A DNA stretch of 64,000 bases from the human T2T-CHM13v2.0 reference genome, Homo sapiens. The notes under the pieces were generated by a model. It was not told the DNA's origin and did no database searches. It was given only the letters and a program-made list of their open reading frames with translations. Both the position numbers and the translations under genes were made by a program. Where the stretch lies: NCBI RefSeq assembly GCF_009914755.1, contig NC_060937.1. The stretch is one strand, 5' to 3'. Of this stretch, positions 12,862-26,990 are shown one piece after another; position 1 is the stretch's first letter, and each line of letters opens with the position of its first letter.

Positions 12862-14119
12862 ATAATATAACATACTTGCCTTCACCAGAAACCACGAATG
12901 AAGATACCAATTAATTATTTCTCTAAGTTTATGTATTGAAAAGAGGTTTGTTTGAATATTTAGGAAGTCATATGATCAGAGGATACTATGAGTGACTGAT
13001 CAGACTCATATTCCATATTTGATCAATGGGAGAGCAGTCACGCAGAAGCAATTTAAATCTCTTGGTTCTCTAGTGAGAATAGTAAATTCACAGTTTTAAT
13101 TTTAGAAGAAAAATCTAAAAAAAATTCAGAGAAGAAAAGTTATTTCGACAAGGATATAATTTGTAGCTTTGATTAAAACCATATCAAACATTTTATCTGA
13201 AGATTAGATAATTTTAGTTAAACAAGTGTTTTGTTGTATACAGTAGTAGAAACAGATTTCCAACTTTGATCCAGTAATGTCAGCAGCAACCAACTTTAAG
13301 ATTTGATTAAAAAATATTATCTAGTTGTAGCTATAATTTTCATCTTTATGTTTACCTTTATGTACATGATTAGACTTAGTGTCTACTGAAGCACTTCCCA
13401 CTGGAAAAAAAAATCCTCTTTTAGTTGTATTTTCTGAAAGTTACCATGATATAGATTGCTATATCTATTTAAAAATGTCTTTTAGATTATTTAAGGTAAA
13501 GAGAGATTCTTTATACACATAATGTTTTTTCTTCCTTAGTCTGTCATTTTCAGTTTCTCTCTGATGATGTATGTTTATATGTAAATTTTAAAACTTCACA
13601 TAGTTCAATATTTCAAGTTTTTTAAATTATTTTTTCTAAGAATATTGCAGAAATAATAAAGGCAATTCCCCTTCTTAGAATTGTCTGTACGAGTGATGAA
13701 AATAACACTGAGTATTCAAACAGCGAAATCATTATTGGAGCCATGACATATGTAGTATTTTTCTTAAATGTTTTAAAGCCAACTATTTAAAACCACTTTA
13801 AAAATTAAGTAAATACTTATATTTGTCTTAATAATCTTCTAGTGTTCACAAATTTTCTGTATAACATGTTTACGGTGAATTTCTACAACAAATATATTAG
13901 CCATATCAAGCTTTTACAGTAACACACTAATATCTTTCTAATATTCACTAAGTTTGCTCAACAGTGAATTTCCAAGACATGGATAATTTAAGAGCTTCTG
14001 TGATCCCGATTTGCTTCTGGACTTTTTTTTTCTTCCAGGGGAGGTGTGGGCAGGGAAGGAGTGTGAGGCATAAGGGAAGTTCTTACTAGAAATATCTCGC
14101 CTGTCACTATATGCACTAG

Positions 14120-14400
14120 AGATCAATTTGGTGTATAATATGAAGTATAAATTTATGTTTGACTTTCTTCTCATTTTACTTATTAAATAAGACATTCTAT
14201 ACTCAGAGACTTGATTAGGTTTGTAAGTATATTTGGCTTTATTTCTGGATGGTAAATCTGTTCCACTTATACATGTTTGTATTTATTTGGCAACCTTCTA
14301 CTGTTTGATTGCAAATACAGAATAATAAGATTTGAATAAAACTAATGTGAAATTCTTCATTCTCAAATAATCCTTTCATTGATGAAACTTTATTTTTCCT
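14120..14400 (-). mobile_element. Old L1 (L1ME/L1M5-like) ORF2 fragment
   Basis: ttggctttatttctggatggtaaatctgttccac...tactgtttgattgc resembles antisense L1 ORF2; highly diverged. Confidence 0.5.
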
Positions 14401-15399
14401 TTTGTGGATAGGGGCTTCTTTAAAAAAATGTTACATTGCTGAATGCAAACTTCTTTGTTGACATACAACATGTATAACTTTTAAACTAACCTACATTGTT
14501 ATGTAATTGCTATTATAAGTATTGGTAAAATAATAAAAAACAATAGATTTACCAGAAACATAGATCATTCATAAAATTAACTTTGAACAACTAAATCAAT
14601 CTGATACCTTCACTGGTAATAGTTCCAATCAATTAATATTGATTTCCACCCAGTAAGTATGACTCAAGACTAAGATCAATATGATTAAGAGATAACTATA
14701 ATCATCAGTCACACTGATAATAGCAAAATGTATTCACCAGCTTTCTCATGAAGTGGTTTATTTGAAAAACAAGTGTAGATAACTGTGAAGTTTAAGGAGT
14801 GAAGACAAAATTATTAATAATAATAATGTGACAAGTCTACAAGAACATTTCTTTTAAAAAACTGCATCCTTTACAAAGAGATATCAGAAATAAAATCTCT
14901 TAAGTAACTTGGTTAATAAAACATTTGTATTTTCATATATGTATGACATGTTTTTGAGGCACAAAGACTAAAGTAGGAAGAGAGACTCAATGAATCTTAG
15001 TAACATTGTAAAATACTAACAAATATGATACAAAATAACAGTTTTTCTAAATGAAACTAGCACATGGGGATAATTTCAGAAATTTGGAAGTAGTTTGCAC
15101 CCATGACTTAAATAAAAATACCTGTATGAATATTATTTGTTGTCCACAGTGTAATATAAGACATGATCACAAATGTATAGCTGATGGCATTGAACAAGTA
15201 AATACAATGTATATTGTGAATTCAAGAACAAAAGCATCAAATGTAATAGTAAATAATTTATCTTTCAATTTTGTGCAATTCTCCCAATGTGTAATTATGC
15301 ATTCATTATTAAAACCCTTTGACTGATACATGACTACACCATTAGTGTGTAAATACCAGGAGACCAAGAACATAGTATCAAATTTTTACCATAACTTGC

Positions 15400-15596
15400 T
15401 CAGACAGAATTTGCTCACTTACTGTAAGACATTCCTTGAGAAAATTGTAATTTCTTTCACTTTCAACATATTATCTGCAGACTTTAAACGCTAATAGTAT
15501 TTATTTTGTTATATTCTATAGAACAGCAATGAACTAATACATGTAAAACATTTAGCAGATTTCCTAGAACTTCGTAAGTAGTCAATACATGCTATC
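15400..15596 (+). mobile_element. MIR
   Basis: taatacatgtaaaacatttagcagatttcctagaacttcgtaagtagtcaatacatgcta matches the MIR 3' end pattern. Confidence 0.6.
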
Positions 15597-16664
15597 TCTT
15601 TGATTACCTACCATCTTCTCTACCATAAAACCGAACAATTTAAAATCTAAATAAAACTCTGTTTCTGCTCTGGATTACATCATAGCCTATATTGTTGTTC
15701 ATTAATAAAGACCTACAGATAATAATTATAATAGATACTTTCCCAACACAAGTTTGCTCTCTACTATTAAATAAGATAAAGAATGAGCAACACCTTCTTC
15801 AGAGCAGGGAACTTGTAATTGAATATTTTAATCTTTATCAGATGCAATCAATGAATTAAGTCTAAAATGATGAGTCTGAGTTTTATAGAAGAAATGTAGT
15901 TAAGAGAGATATCCTTGTTTTCTTTTTCTATCTCTAGAAACCAGCCGGATGACAACAATATTAAATAAAATTGCATATTTATAAGTGCTGTAATGAAAAG
16001 AAAGAGACTTGTGACCACATGGTGGAATTAGGTACTGATGGGGAATTAGAAAATTATAAGCTCTGTTAATTAACTTACCTGAATCAGCAATCTGTTTTAT
16101 ATACACTTCATTCTTTATGTGAAAAATAATGACTAATGCTTATACTTATTGAACATGTTATGCTAATGGGTTATTCTGTGACATGTTTCAAAGTTCTCCA
16201 TCTACATGTTGAGATGTGCTCTTACCAAACACTAATTATACTCATTCCTGAAAGTGCAAAAGTGCTTTGTGTTAGTTTTAATCATTTTATCGTAGATTAA
16301 TTTAATTTAGGGTCAGATAAAATATGACTATTGAGAGGAAGGAGGATATGCTTTTTTGAAAAGTAGACTCACTTGGAAAGACTACATGAAACCAAGTAGA
16401 GAGAAAAAAATGCTGAATGGTATAAATATTAAAAAACACAAAATGGTAAAAAAAAATAGAAAATTGTTTAAAAAATCTAGAAGTCATCTACATGCAGATT
16501 GACTCGCAAATATTTATAAGTTGTTATTCACATCTAAGGAATGTAAAATTATAAAAGTAAATGGGTGTGTTAAAATGTTTTTTTCCTAAATTAGACATTT
16601 AAATTGGTACATTATACTTAAGAAATAGGTATTAGACTTGCATCAGAAAACTGGCAAATGTAAT

Positions 16665-16700
<36 letters not shown>

Positions 16701-16759
16701 GTTCAGGTATCCTAAGTATTATAATCAAAATAGGATATATGTCTAAGGAAGACAGAATG

Positions 16760-16945
16760 ATCAAAATCATTTTGGACTTTACAGGTAATTTAAGGGCACT
16801 GGTGAATTAATATTTGGGGAGTAAAATTATCTGATTTTGTTTTACAAAGATACTTACTTAGTGACTGAATGGAGTGGGAGAAAGGAAAATGGAAAGCAAT
16901 TACAATATTCCAACCAATGAATGACAATGATTTGGATGAAAATTA
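16760..16945 (-). mobile_element. L2 fragment
   Basis: ttttggacttta...atctgattttgttttacaaagat...gcaattacaatattcca resembles antisense L2. Confidence 0.5.
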
Positions 16946-17594
16946 TGAAAAAAGTTTAAATAAACTAAATTTAACAGCCAATAAATTACATCTTTGTCCT
17001 AAAGTAGTGTGAATTGAATTGGGTTTTCATCTGTTGAAATCAAAAAGAACTACTTAAACAGATCATATCTGATTCTGCAGTTAAGTTAGATAATGCATGA
17101 AAAATTCCCTTGAATTTGGCATTAAATGTGACAGAATTGAAGCCAGTTGTGGTTATACTTATTTTAACAAATTACTAAAAATCTCCTTTGATATGCTTGT
17201 AAATGTGTGCAATATGTGAGCTATATTAGATTAAAATTATTTTTATAGAACTGCTCCAAAACTATGAAGGTTAAAGTTAATTGAGGTGTCTGCTGCTTTA
17301 TTTTTTTGTATAAATTAATTAAATTTAAATATAAAATGTTGTTTTTAAAACTGTTGGTACAGAAAAATTGAAAGAATATTTAATGGGTTCAATAAAATAA
17401 CAGAAATTTAAAACCACTTTAAAATATTGGAATTACAGACTAAATCTAGCTAGTTTAATTTATAGAATATATGTTTTTAATTATGAAAAATAATCTTCAC
17501 TATATCAATTTGTATGATACAAGGTGGCATAAACTTGGGTTAATAGAAATTTACCTTAATAATATCTAATGTTTTAGAAGTTCCTAAACTGTTC

Positions 17595-20500
17595 AGATGG
17601 CCTGAGGTGAAATGGTGGATAAGAGACAAGCCTGATGTGCAGTTTCCACTTGGATAGATAGAACAGCCTGTGGAGACTCACATTATCAACTTTTGCTCCA
17701 AGAGCCAAAGCAGGAACATACCAGAAAAAAACAAAATAATTCACAGATCCTTTGAAAGAAGTGGCTTACCACTGCAAACACCATGAGATAGCCAGAAAAG
17801 TGTGAGTTCCCAAAGAGTGAGTGGGGAAAAAGTCTGTCTCTGAGTGCACATCCTCACTGGGGAACCCGAAAATCCAGATCATGGGAGAATAATTTAACCT
17901 TACCTAGAGCTGAAATGGATTTAGAGAGCCGAGTGAAATATAAAAATAGAAGATGTAGTGGGAAGAGCCCTGTAGGCAGTTCTAGTTTCCAGCTTGAGCC
18001 CAGGAAAGCCATCCCTGGCTTTATCTCCAAGGGGTCCTTGGAGAAGGCAACCAGTGGAATTGGGGAGGGGCAATGGGGCGAAGGAAGCTTCTAGCTAAAC
18101 TTGGTAATAATTTTGATGGAGCACAAATTTTCCTGAGCAGAATCTGGGGTTGGGCAAACAGGAAGTACAGATACAAGCATAGAAGCTGCAGCTGAAGGTG
18201 CAGTCAGGTGGGAAGGGGCAAGGCCTGAGAGCCCTGCTTGCTTTCTCAGTGCAGAGGCTTGTAGCCTGGGGCAATATCTCAGCTCTGCTCACCAGCTGCC
18301 TGGATATAAATTCGGTGCTGTTGGCAGGGCATGGCAGGAGTGAGACTGGCCTTGATGGTTGCATGGGAGCTGGGTAAGGCCATTACTGCCAGCATTCCCC
18401 CACTTCCCTGGTGACCTGTATGATGCAGAAGAGGCAGCCATAATCCCCCTGCAAACATAATCCCATTGGCCGGAGAACCAACCCCCATGCCCCACAGTGG
18501 CTGCAGCAAGCCCTGCTCAAGGAGAGTCTGAGCTCAGACACACCTAATCCTACCCCTACTTAATGACATTTCTCTACTCACGCTGGTAGCTGAAGACAGA
18601 AGACAAATTCTTAGGAACTCTACGGCCCTGTCCATCACCTGCAAAACTCGACTACTTCTTCAACAAACTCACCTAACACATAAGGATTCACATAAACTTA
18701 AGATAAAGGAATGAAAAAATATATCCTATGCAAATGGAAGCCAGAAGTGAGCAGGAGTACCTATACCTATTTTTAATAAGACAAAACAGAACTTAAAGCA
18801 ACAACAGTTAAAAAAGACAAAGAGGGATATTATATAATGATAAAAGAATTAGTCCAAAAGGAAAATATCGCAATCCTAAATATAATATGCACCTAACACT
18901 GTAGCTCTCAAATTTATAAAATAATTACTATTTGACCTAAGAAACGAAGATAGTGGGTGACTTCAATACTCCACTGACAACACTAGACAGATCATCAAGA
19001 CAGAAAGTAAACAAAGAAACAATGGACTTAAACTACACTCTAAGCAAATGGACTTGACAGATATTTACAGAACATTCTACCCAACAACTTCAGAATATAC
19101 ATTGTTTTCATCAGCACATGAAAGATTCTCCAAGATAGAGCATATGATAGGCCACAAAACAAGTCTCAATAAATTTAAAAAAATCAAGTGTATTAAGTAT
19201 TCTCTCACTGGAATAAAATTGGAAATTAACTCCAAAAGGAACCCTCAAAACTATACAAATACGTGTAAATTAAATAATCTGCTCCTGAATGATCATTGGG
19301 TAAACAATGAAATCAAGATGGAAATGTAAAAACTCTTTGAACTGAATAGTAATAGTGACAAAACCTATCAAAACCTCTGGCAAAGAGCAAAAAGTGAGGC
19401 TAGGAGGAAAGTTCATATCATTAAATACCTACATCAAAAAGTCTGAAAGAGCACAAATGGACAATCTAAGTTTACACCTGAAGGAACAAGAGAAATAAGA
19501 ACAAACCAAACCCCAAGTCAACAGAAGAAAAGAAATAACAAAGATTAGAGCAGAACTACATGAAATTGAAACAATAACAACAACAACAAAAAAAAGATAA
19601 ATGAAACAAAAAGCTGATTCTTTGAAAAGCTAAACAAAATCAATGGTCCATTAGCAAGGTCAACCAAGAAATGAGGAGAGAAGATTCAAATAAGCTCAAT
19701 TAGAAACAAAACGGGAGACATTACAACTGATACCACAGAAATACAAAAGATCATTCAAAGTTACTATAAATATTTTTACGCACACAAACTAGAAAACCTA
19801 GAAGAGATGAATAAATTCCTGGACATACACAAACCTCCTAGATTAAATCAGGAAAAATAGAAACTCTGAACAGACCAATAACAAGTAGTGAGATTGAAAC
19901 TGTAATAATAATTTTAAAAATGCCAACATAAAAAGAGTCCAGGACTTGATGGATTCACAGCTGGATTCTATCAGACAATCATTCAAAGAAGAATTGGTAT
20001 TGATCCTACTGGGAATATTCCAAAAGACAGAGAAAGAGGGAATCCTCCCTAAATCATTCTGTGAAACCAGTATTACCCTAATACCAAAACCAGGAAAGGA
20101 CATAACAAAAAATAAAACTATAGACCAATATCCCTGATGAACATAGATGCAAAAATCCCAGAAAAGTAATAGTTAACAGAATCCAATGGCATATCAATAA
20201 GATAATACACTGTGATCAAGTGGGTCTCATACCAGGGATGCAGGGTTGGTTTAACATATGCAAGTCAATAAATGTGATACACCACATAAACAGAATTTTT
20301 AAAAATCACATGATTATCTCAATAGATGCATTTGACAAAATTCAGCATCCTTTTATGATTATAACTCTCAGCAAAATTGGCATAGAAGGGACATAATTTA
20401 AGGTAATGAACCATCTATGACAAACCCACAGCCAACATTACACTGAACATGGAAAAGTTGAAAGCATTCTCCCTGAGAAATGGAACAACATAAGGATGCT

Positions 20501-22150
20501 CAATTTCACCACTTCTATTCAATATAACAGTGGAAGTCCTAGCAAGAGCAATCAGACAAAAGAAAGAAAGCACATCCAAATTAGTAAAGAGGAAGTCAAA
20601 CTGTCGCTGTTCACTGATGATATGATTGTATACCTAGAAAACCCTAAAGGTTCATCTGAAAAGATTCTAGATCTAATAAATGAATTCAATATTGTTTCAG
20701 GATACAAAATCAGTGTACATGCTCAGTAACACTGCTATACGCCAACAGCGACAAAGTTGAGAACAAATTAAGAACTCAACTTTTTTTACAACAGCTGCAA
20801 AAGAATTAAAAAACTCAGGAATATACCTAACCAAGAAGATAAAAAATGTCAAGAAAAACTACAAAACACTGCTGAAAGAAATCATAGAAGAGAAAAACAA
20901 ATGGAAACACATCCTATGTTCATATATGGGTAGAATCGATATTGTGAAAATGACCATAATGCCAAATGCAATCTATAAATTCAATGCAATTCCCATCAAA
21001 TTATCACCATCATTTTCACAGAACTAGAAAAAACCATCATAAAATTTACATGGAACAAAAAAAGAGCCTGCATAGCCAAAGCAAGACTAAGCAAAAAGAA
21101 CAAATCTGCAGGTATCACATTACCCAACTTCAAACTCTACTTCAAGGTTATGGCACTTGTATAAAAATAGGCTCATTGACCAGTGGAACAGAATAGAGAG
21201 CCCAGACAAAAAGTCAAATATTTACAGCCAACTGATCTTCAAGAAAGCAAACAAAAAGATAAAGTAAGGAAAGGACATCCTATTCAATAAGTGGTGCTGG
21301 GATAATTGGCAAGCCACATGTATATAGAATGAAACTGGATCCTCATTTCTCATCTTATACAAAAATCACTCAAGATGGATCAATGACTTAAATCTAAGAC
21401 CTGAAACCATAAAAATTATAGAAGATAACATCAGAAAAACTCTTCTAGACATTGGCTTAGGCAAACAGTTTATTCCCAATAACCCAAAAACAAATTCAAC
21501 GAAAGAAAGGTAAATAGATGGGGCTTAATTAAACTAAAAAGCTTCTGCACAGCAAAAGAAATAATCAGCTGAGTAAACAGACAACACACAGAGTGGGATA
21601 AAATATTCACAAACTATGCATTCAACAAAGGAATAATATCTAGAATCTACAGGGAACTCAAACAAATCAGCAAGAAAACAATAATTCCATCAAAAATGGG
21701 GCTAAGGAAATGAATAGACAATTCTCGAAAGAATATATACAAATGGCCAAGAAACATATGAAAAAATGCTCAACATCACTGATGATTAGAGAGATGCAAA
21801 TCAAAATCACAATGTAATACTACCTTACTCCTGCAAGAATGGCCATCATTAAAAAAAAACAAAATATAATAGACGTTGTCATGGATGTGGTGAAAAGGGA
21901 ACACTTTTACACTGCTGGTGGGTGTATAAACTAGTGCAACCACTATGGAAAACAGTATGGAGACTGCTTAAAGAACTAAAGGTAGATCCACCATTTCATC
22001 CAGCAATCCCACTGCTGGGTATCAGTCTAGAGGAAAATAAGTCATTATATGAAAAATACACTTTCACATGCATGCTTATAGCCATACAATTTGCAATTAC
22101 AAAAATATGAAAGCTGCCTAAATACCCATCAACCAAGAAGTAGATCAAGC

Positions 22151-22185
<35 letters not shown>

Positions 22186-22544
22186 GCATGGAATACTACT
22201 CAGCCACAAATAGGAATGAAATAATGGCATTATTGCCTATTGATGGAATTTGAGATCATTATTCTAATTGAAGTTATTCAGGAATGGAAAACCAAACATT
22301 GCATGCTCTCACTTATAAGTGGGGGCTAAGCTATGAGGACACAAGGGCATAAGAATGACATAATGGACTCTGGGGACTTGGGGGAATGGTGGGAGGAGGG
22401 GGAGAAGAAAAGACTACACATTGGCTACAGTGTACACTGCTAGGGTGATGAATGCACCCAAATCTCAGAAACCACCATTGAAGAATTTATCCATGTTACC
22501 AAACATTGCCTGTTCCCCATAAACTACTGAAATAATTTTAAAAA
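17595..22544 (+). mobile_element. L1PB element (L1PBa-type 5'UTR, L1PB2-like 3' end) with ORF1 deleted
   Basis: 5'UTR to ~18655, then ORF2 ([50 protein letters not shown]), then 3'UTR gactacacattggctacagtgtacactgc. Possible decayed TSD tagaagttcctaaactg (17575-17591) / tagtaattccaaactg (22545-22560). Confidence 0.93.
18656..22270 (+). pseudogene. Disrupted L1 ORF2p (endonuclease / reverse transcriptase / C-terminal)
   Basis: Endonuclease motifs at 19048-19329, RT motif F(T)DD in 20496-20729 and [12 protein letters not shown] in 21922-22110; many stops and frameshifts. Confidence 0.92.
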
Positions 22545-22664
22545 TAGTAATTCCAAACTGAAAAAAACATGCAGTCAAAAGCCTCCAGCCAAAAAATTCT
22601 AATCATTGGGATTGAGTGCAAAGGCTGAATAGTGTTGTTTAGATGTTAATAAATTGAGAGGCTG

Positions 22665-23620
22665 AAGTGGTGGTACTGCTTTCAGACAAAGTAGAATCAA
22701 GAGCAAGGAAAATTACAATGAATAAAAAAAGGGATAATTATATAATGATAAGAGGGTCAATTCACCAAGAGGACATAATAATTGTAAATGTGGATGCACT
22801 TAACAACACAGCCTCAAAATAAATAAATCAAATACTGATAGAACTAAAATTAGAAACAGACAAATCTGCAATTGTAGTTGGAGACTTCAACATCCCTCTC
22901 TCAACAATTGATGGAACACTAGACAGAAAGTCGACATGGATATGGAAAAGTTCAACAACACCAAACCCAACCTGATCTAACTGATATTTATGTAACACTC
23001 CATCCAACAACAACAAAATACACATTCTTTTCAAGTAACCAACAGATAGATAGATAGATAGATGATAGATAGATAACACACACACATATATGTGTATATA
23101 GATAGATAGATATAGATATATAGATACATAAACTGTGTCCTGGGTTATAAATTTTTAAATAAGCAGAAGACATGAATATATATTTTACCAAAGTGGATAT
23201 ACAGTGGGCAAATATGCACAGAGGTTCAACATCACTAACCATTAAGCAAGTGCAAATTAAGACTATGCCGAGATACCACCATACACATATTAAAATAGCT
23301 TTCAAATAAAAAATATAATGGAAGTACCAAATGCTGGTGAGTATGCAGAGAACTGGATGTCTCATATATTGCTGGTGGGAATAGCTTGGTTGTTTGACAT
23401 ATACTTCCCACATGACTCATCAATCACACTCTTTGGCATTTATCCAAAGAAATGGAAACTCATGTAAAACAAACTTGTACACAATTGTTCCCACTTTCTT
23501 ATTTAAAATTGAAAAAAATCGTAAACAAGCAAAATGTCCCTCCATAGGTGAATGAGTAAACAAACTGTGATACATCTATTTGAAGACTGTCATTCAACAA
23601 TAAAAAGGAAGAGAAAATTG
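22665..23620 (+). mobile_element. Old L1 (L1MC/L1MD-like): endonuclease fragment joined to late ORF2/3' fragment
   Basis: gtagttggagacttcaacatccctctctca (VGDFN.PLS) lies before 23040; gcaaattaagactatgccgagataccac and aatgctggtgag lie after 23160. Confidence 0.8.
23044..23129. repeat. (GATA)n/(CA)n/(TA)n compound microsatellite
   Basis: Directly visible. Confidence 0.95.
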
Positions 23621-24740
23621 AAAAAAAGAAGTCCATAAACTCAATATAAGCTCTAGTTGCGTTCGCCTAATTGATGAAATAAAAATAAAATTAGTTAATA
23701 CCAACGACATACATGCTTATGTAAATTACTCAAAGTTCTTTCTGAAATATTAGACCATTAATATTTGCCACAATTTAATATAGATATAGATAACAGTTCA
23801 GAAATATGTCTGATGGTGCCAAAAATCATGACTTATAAGAAATTCATGATTATAAGATTTGCAAAGAGACGATATGAGGACACAATAGCTGAATTCAGAT
23901 GACTTGAAAGTTGTTCATGTAAAATTTTCATATATACTATTCCAGAGAAAAGATCTACATTATGTGATAGAAAAAGTAAAATGTTGGAAGCTGCAAAGAG
24001 AAACCAATCAATTGAATATAAGGAAGAGCATAGTAAGATTCTTACCTACATCTTAACAATCTTACAAAGTATTCCGCTATCCCTCATTATAAATGTTCAA
24101 AGCCAGGGCAGTTAACAGTTTGGAAGACTGGAGGTGACATGTGAATGAAAATGAGTGGTTGAGTCTCAGATCTTTTCAGATCCTAATTTTTCATGCTTCA
24201 ATAATATCTGTGGGAAGTTTAGATAGGTAGATGACAGATGGTAGATAGATACATAGATAGGTAAACTGTCAGTCAATTAAAAAATTACACAATTCAGGAT
24301 AAATTATAATAAAGATGAAAGATATATTGAAAAATCCAGCCTCGCAATATATTTAAATTACATTATATTGACTTACTTCTCACCATCCTTTTAGTTTACT
24401 AATTGAAATAATGTACTCTTGTCCCTAGATCTAAAAAAAAAAGCAAGTGTTGTCTTATCTAGACAAGAATTCTGGCAGTTTCTAAAGGTTGTCTGCTTAA
24501 TCTTATGTGGCAGACGGTTGGTTGACAACAGTTTTAAACAAAGACTCAATTCAATCATTAGAGCAGAAGAACACGACATTAATCAAAATTCTAAATTGAT
24601 CCAGTGATAAGTTTACTTGCCTACCACAGCTCAGGCAGCTTCAGGCTGGGAGCCTGTGGTGGGAAAGAACACGATTGACTCCTGTAATTCCTTACTGGCT
24701 GCCTCTCCTTATTCTTACTCCTTTCCAGCTGCTCCATTGA

Positions 24741-25246
<506 letters not shown>

Positions 25247-25918
25247 GATTCATCTGCATTCTAATGAATCACTTGGTTACTCCATCCTCAGTCCTCATTC
25301 ATTCACTCCCAGCTTCTTGCTACTGGGTTCTTGATACCCATCTATTTTGTCCTGTATGCACTTTTGCTTCTGTCTCTCATGTGGGCCACATATCCACTTC
25401 TGGAAACCCATATGAAATCCCTGTCCAGTAAATTAGGAAAATGGAAGCAATCCTGTATCCGTGACGCTTCCCAATCTAGCATCCATGCTATCAGAGCAAC
25501 TCTGGTCCTCGATATTTCTCAGGCCGCTTCTATACCACCCCGCACACCACCAGTGTTTGCCACTTATTAAAGGTTTTTTGGTCTCAGCCAAAATCTGCTT
25601 AGGTTTGACGGGAAGGCACCAGAGCTAGGCTTCCCATGATGGAGAACCGGATGAGATCACACCAAAGATTTCTCCTAAGATACCATCCTCACAAGATGAT
25701 CTCACTCATTCTCCCAAAATTTTTGTATTTTCAAAGTATTTGAAGGTGTTCAAAATCAAAGAAATTGCTTGAAGTCAGTATTATTTGAAAATAAGCGCGT
25801 AGTTATTTAGCAAATCACTTTCAAATATCGTGTCAATTTTACCTTGGTGTCTAGCATTAATTTCTGATCTAAAAATCCTGCTTTAAAGATAATTATTGAG
25901 AGAAAATCAAGATGTATG

Positions 25919-26450
25919 CTGGAGTTTTTAGTGTCTAGTGTTTCCATCTTTATGTTCCTGCATATCTAGGGTTTAGCTCCCACTTACAAGTGAGAACGTG
26001 TGATTTTTTTTTCCTGTTTCTGCATTAATTCTCTGAGGATAATGGCCTCCGGCTGCATCCATTTTGCTGCAAAGGACACAATTTTATTCTTTTTATGGCT
26101 ATGTAATATTCCGTGGTGTATATGTACCACATTTTCTTTATTCTATCCACCACTGACGGGCACTAGGTTGGTTCCATGTCTTTGTTATTGTGAATAGTGC
26201 TATGATAAACATATGAGTGTAGGTGTGTTTTTGGTAGAATAATTTACTCTCCTTTGGGTATATATCCAGTAATGGAATTGCTGGGGTGGTAGCAGAGAGA
26301 GAGAGATGAGCTGAAAAACTTCCTATTTGGTGCCATGTTCACTATCAGAGTGAAAGGATAAATAGAAGCCCTAACTGCAGCATCACACAATATACTGTTG
26401 TAACAAACCTGCATATATCCCCCTTGAATCTAAAATTAAAATTAAAAATA
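25919..26450. mobile_element. 5'-inverted L1 3' fragment (L1PA16/17 or L1PB4-like)
   Basis: 25919-26286 is antisense late ORF2/3'UTR. 26287-26450 is the sense terminus (gtaacaaacctgcatatatcccccttgaatctaaaa plus A-rich tail). Confidence 0.85.
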
Positions 26451-26459
26451 AGTTGGAGA

Positions 26460-26722
26460 CAAGAACCTAAACTGCCGGTAGCTGAGTGAAGGGCTGTGCT
26501 GGAGTGTCCATAATAGGAGCAGTGAGTAAAACAGGAACAAGTAAGTCCCTTCTTCCCTCCTCCCATCTTTCAATATTCCTTTTCTGCTCTTTTTGGCATA
26601 AACATAGGAGAGTATTCTCTCATAAAGGAGAATTCTGGTTTGCAGAATTCTAAACCTGACATCCAAAGCAGGATATAGAAAATGGATTTGAGCCAAAAGA
26701 TAATAGCTTGAGAACAAGCGCA
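26460..26722 (-). mobile_element. Old ERVL-class LTR fragment (LTR41/LTR33-like)
   Basis: aagtcccttcttccctcctcc...tggtttgcagaattc...caaagcaggatatagaaaatggatttgagc...aatagctt resembles recalled ERVL LTR ends. Confidence 0.45.
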
Positions 26723-26837
26723 GATCCTAATACATTTCTCCAATTTTGATTTTTTAGGAGAAAAGCCAAATTGCAAATGTAATGGTGCAATGGTGGACTC
26801 CTGAAGGTGTTATTACCATTTTCCTCTTGTAAACTTG

Positions 26838-26990
26838 GTAGATTTTAATCTGGAGTGTCACAGACGATCTTCAGGACATCCATGAACTGATGAAATTTTA
26901 ATTTTTTTTTGGCTGTGTCATTTATGTATCTTTTGGATAAGTGGGTTTGTAATTTTCACTAGTTTCAAAGGAGGCTGTAACTTTCCTAGA
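26838..26990. mobile_element. hAT-Charlie MITE (Charlie4z-like)
   Basis: cttcaggacatccatgaactgatgaaatt...tttcaaaggaggctgtaac resembles the recalled consensus. Confidence 0.5.

Noticed and set aside
22988-23413. Longest ORF in the track (141 aa, minus strand)
   Set aside because: Antisense reading of an old L1 plus a GATA/TA microsatellite; no protein signature.
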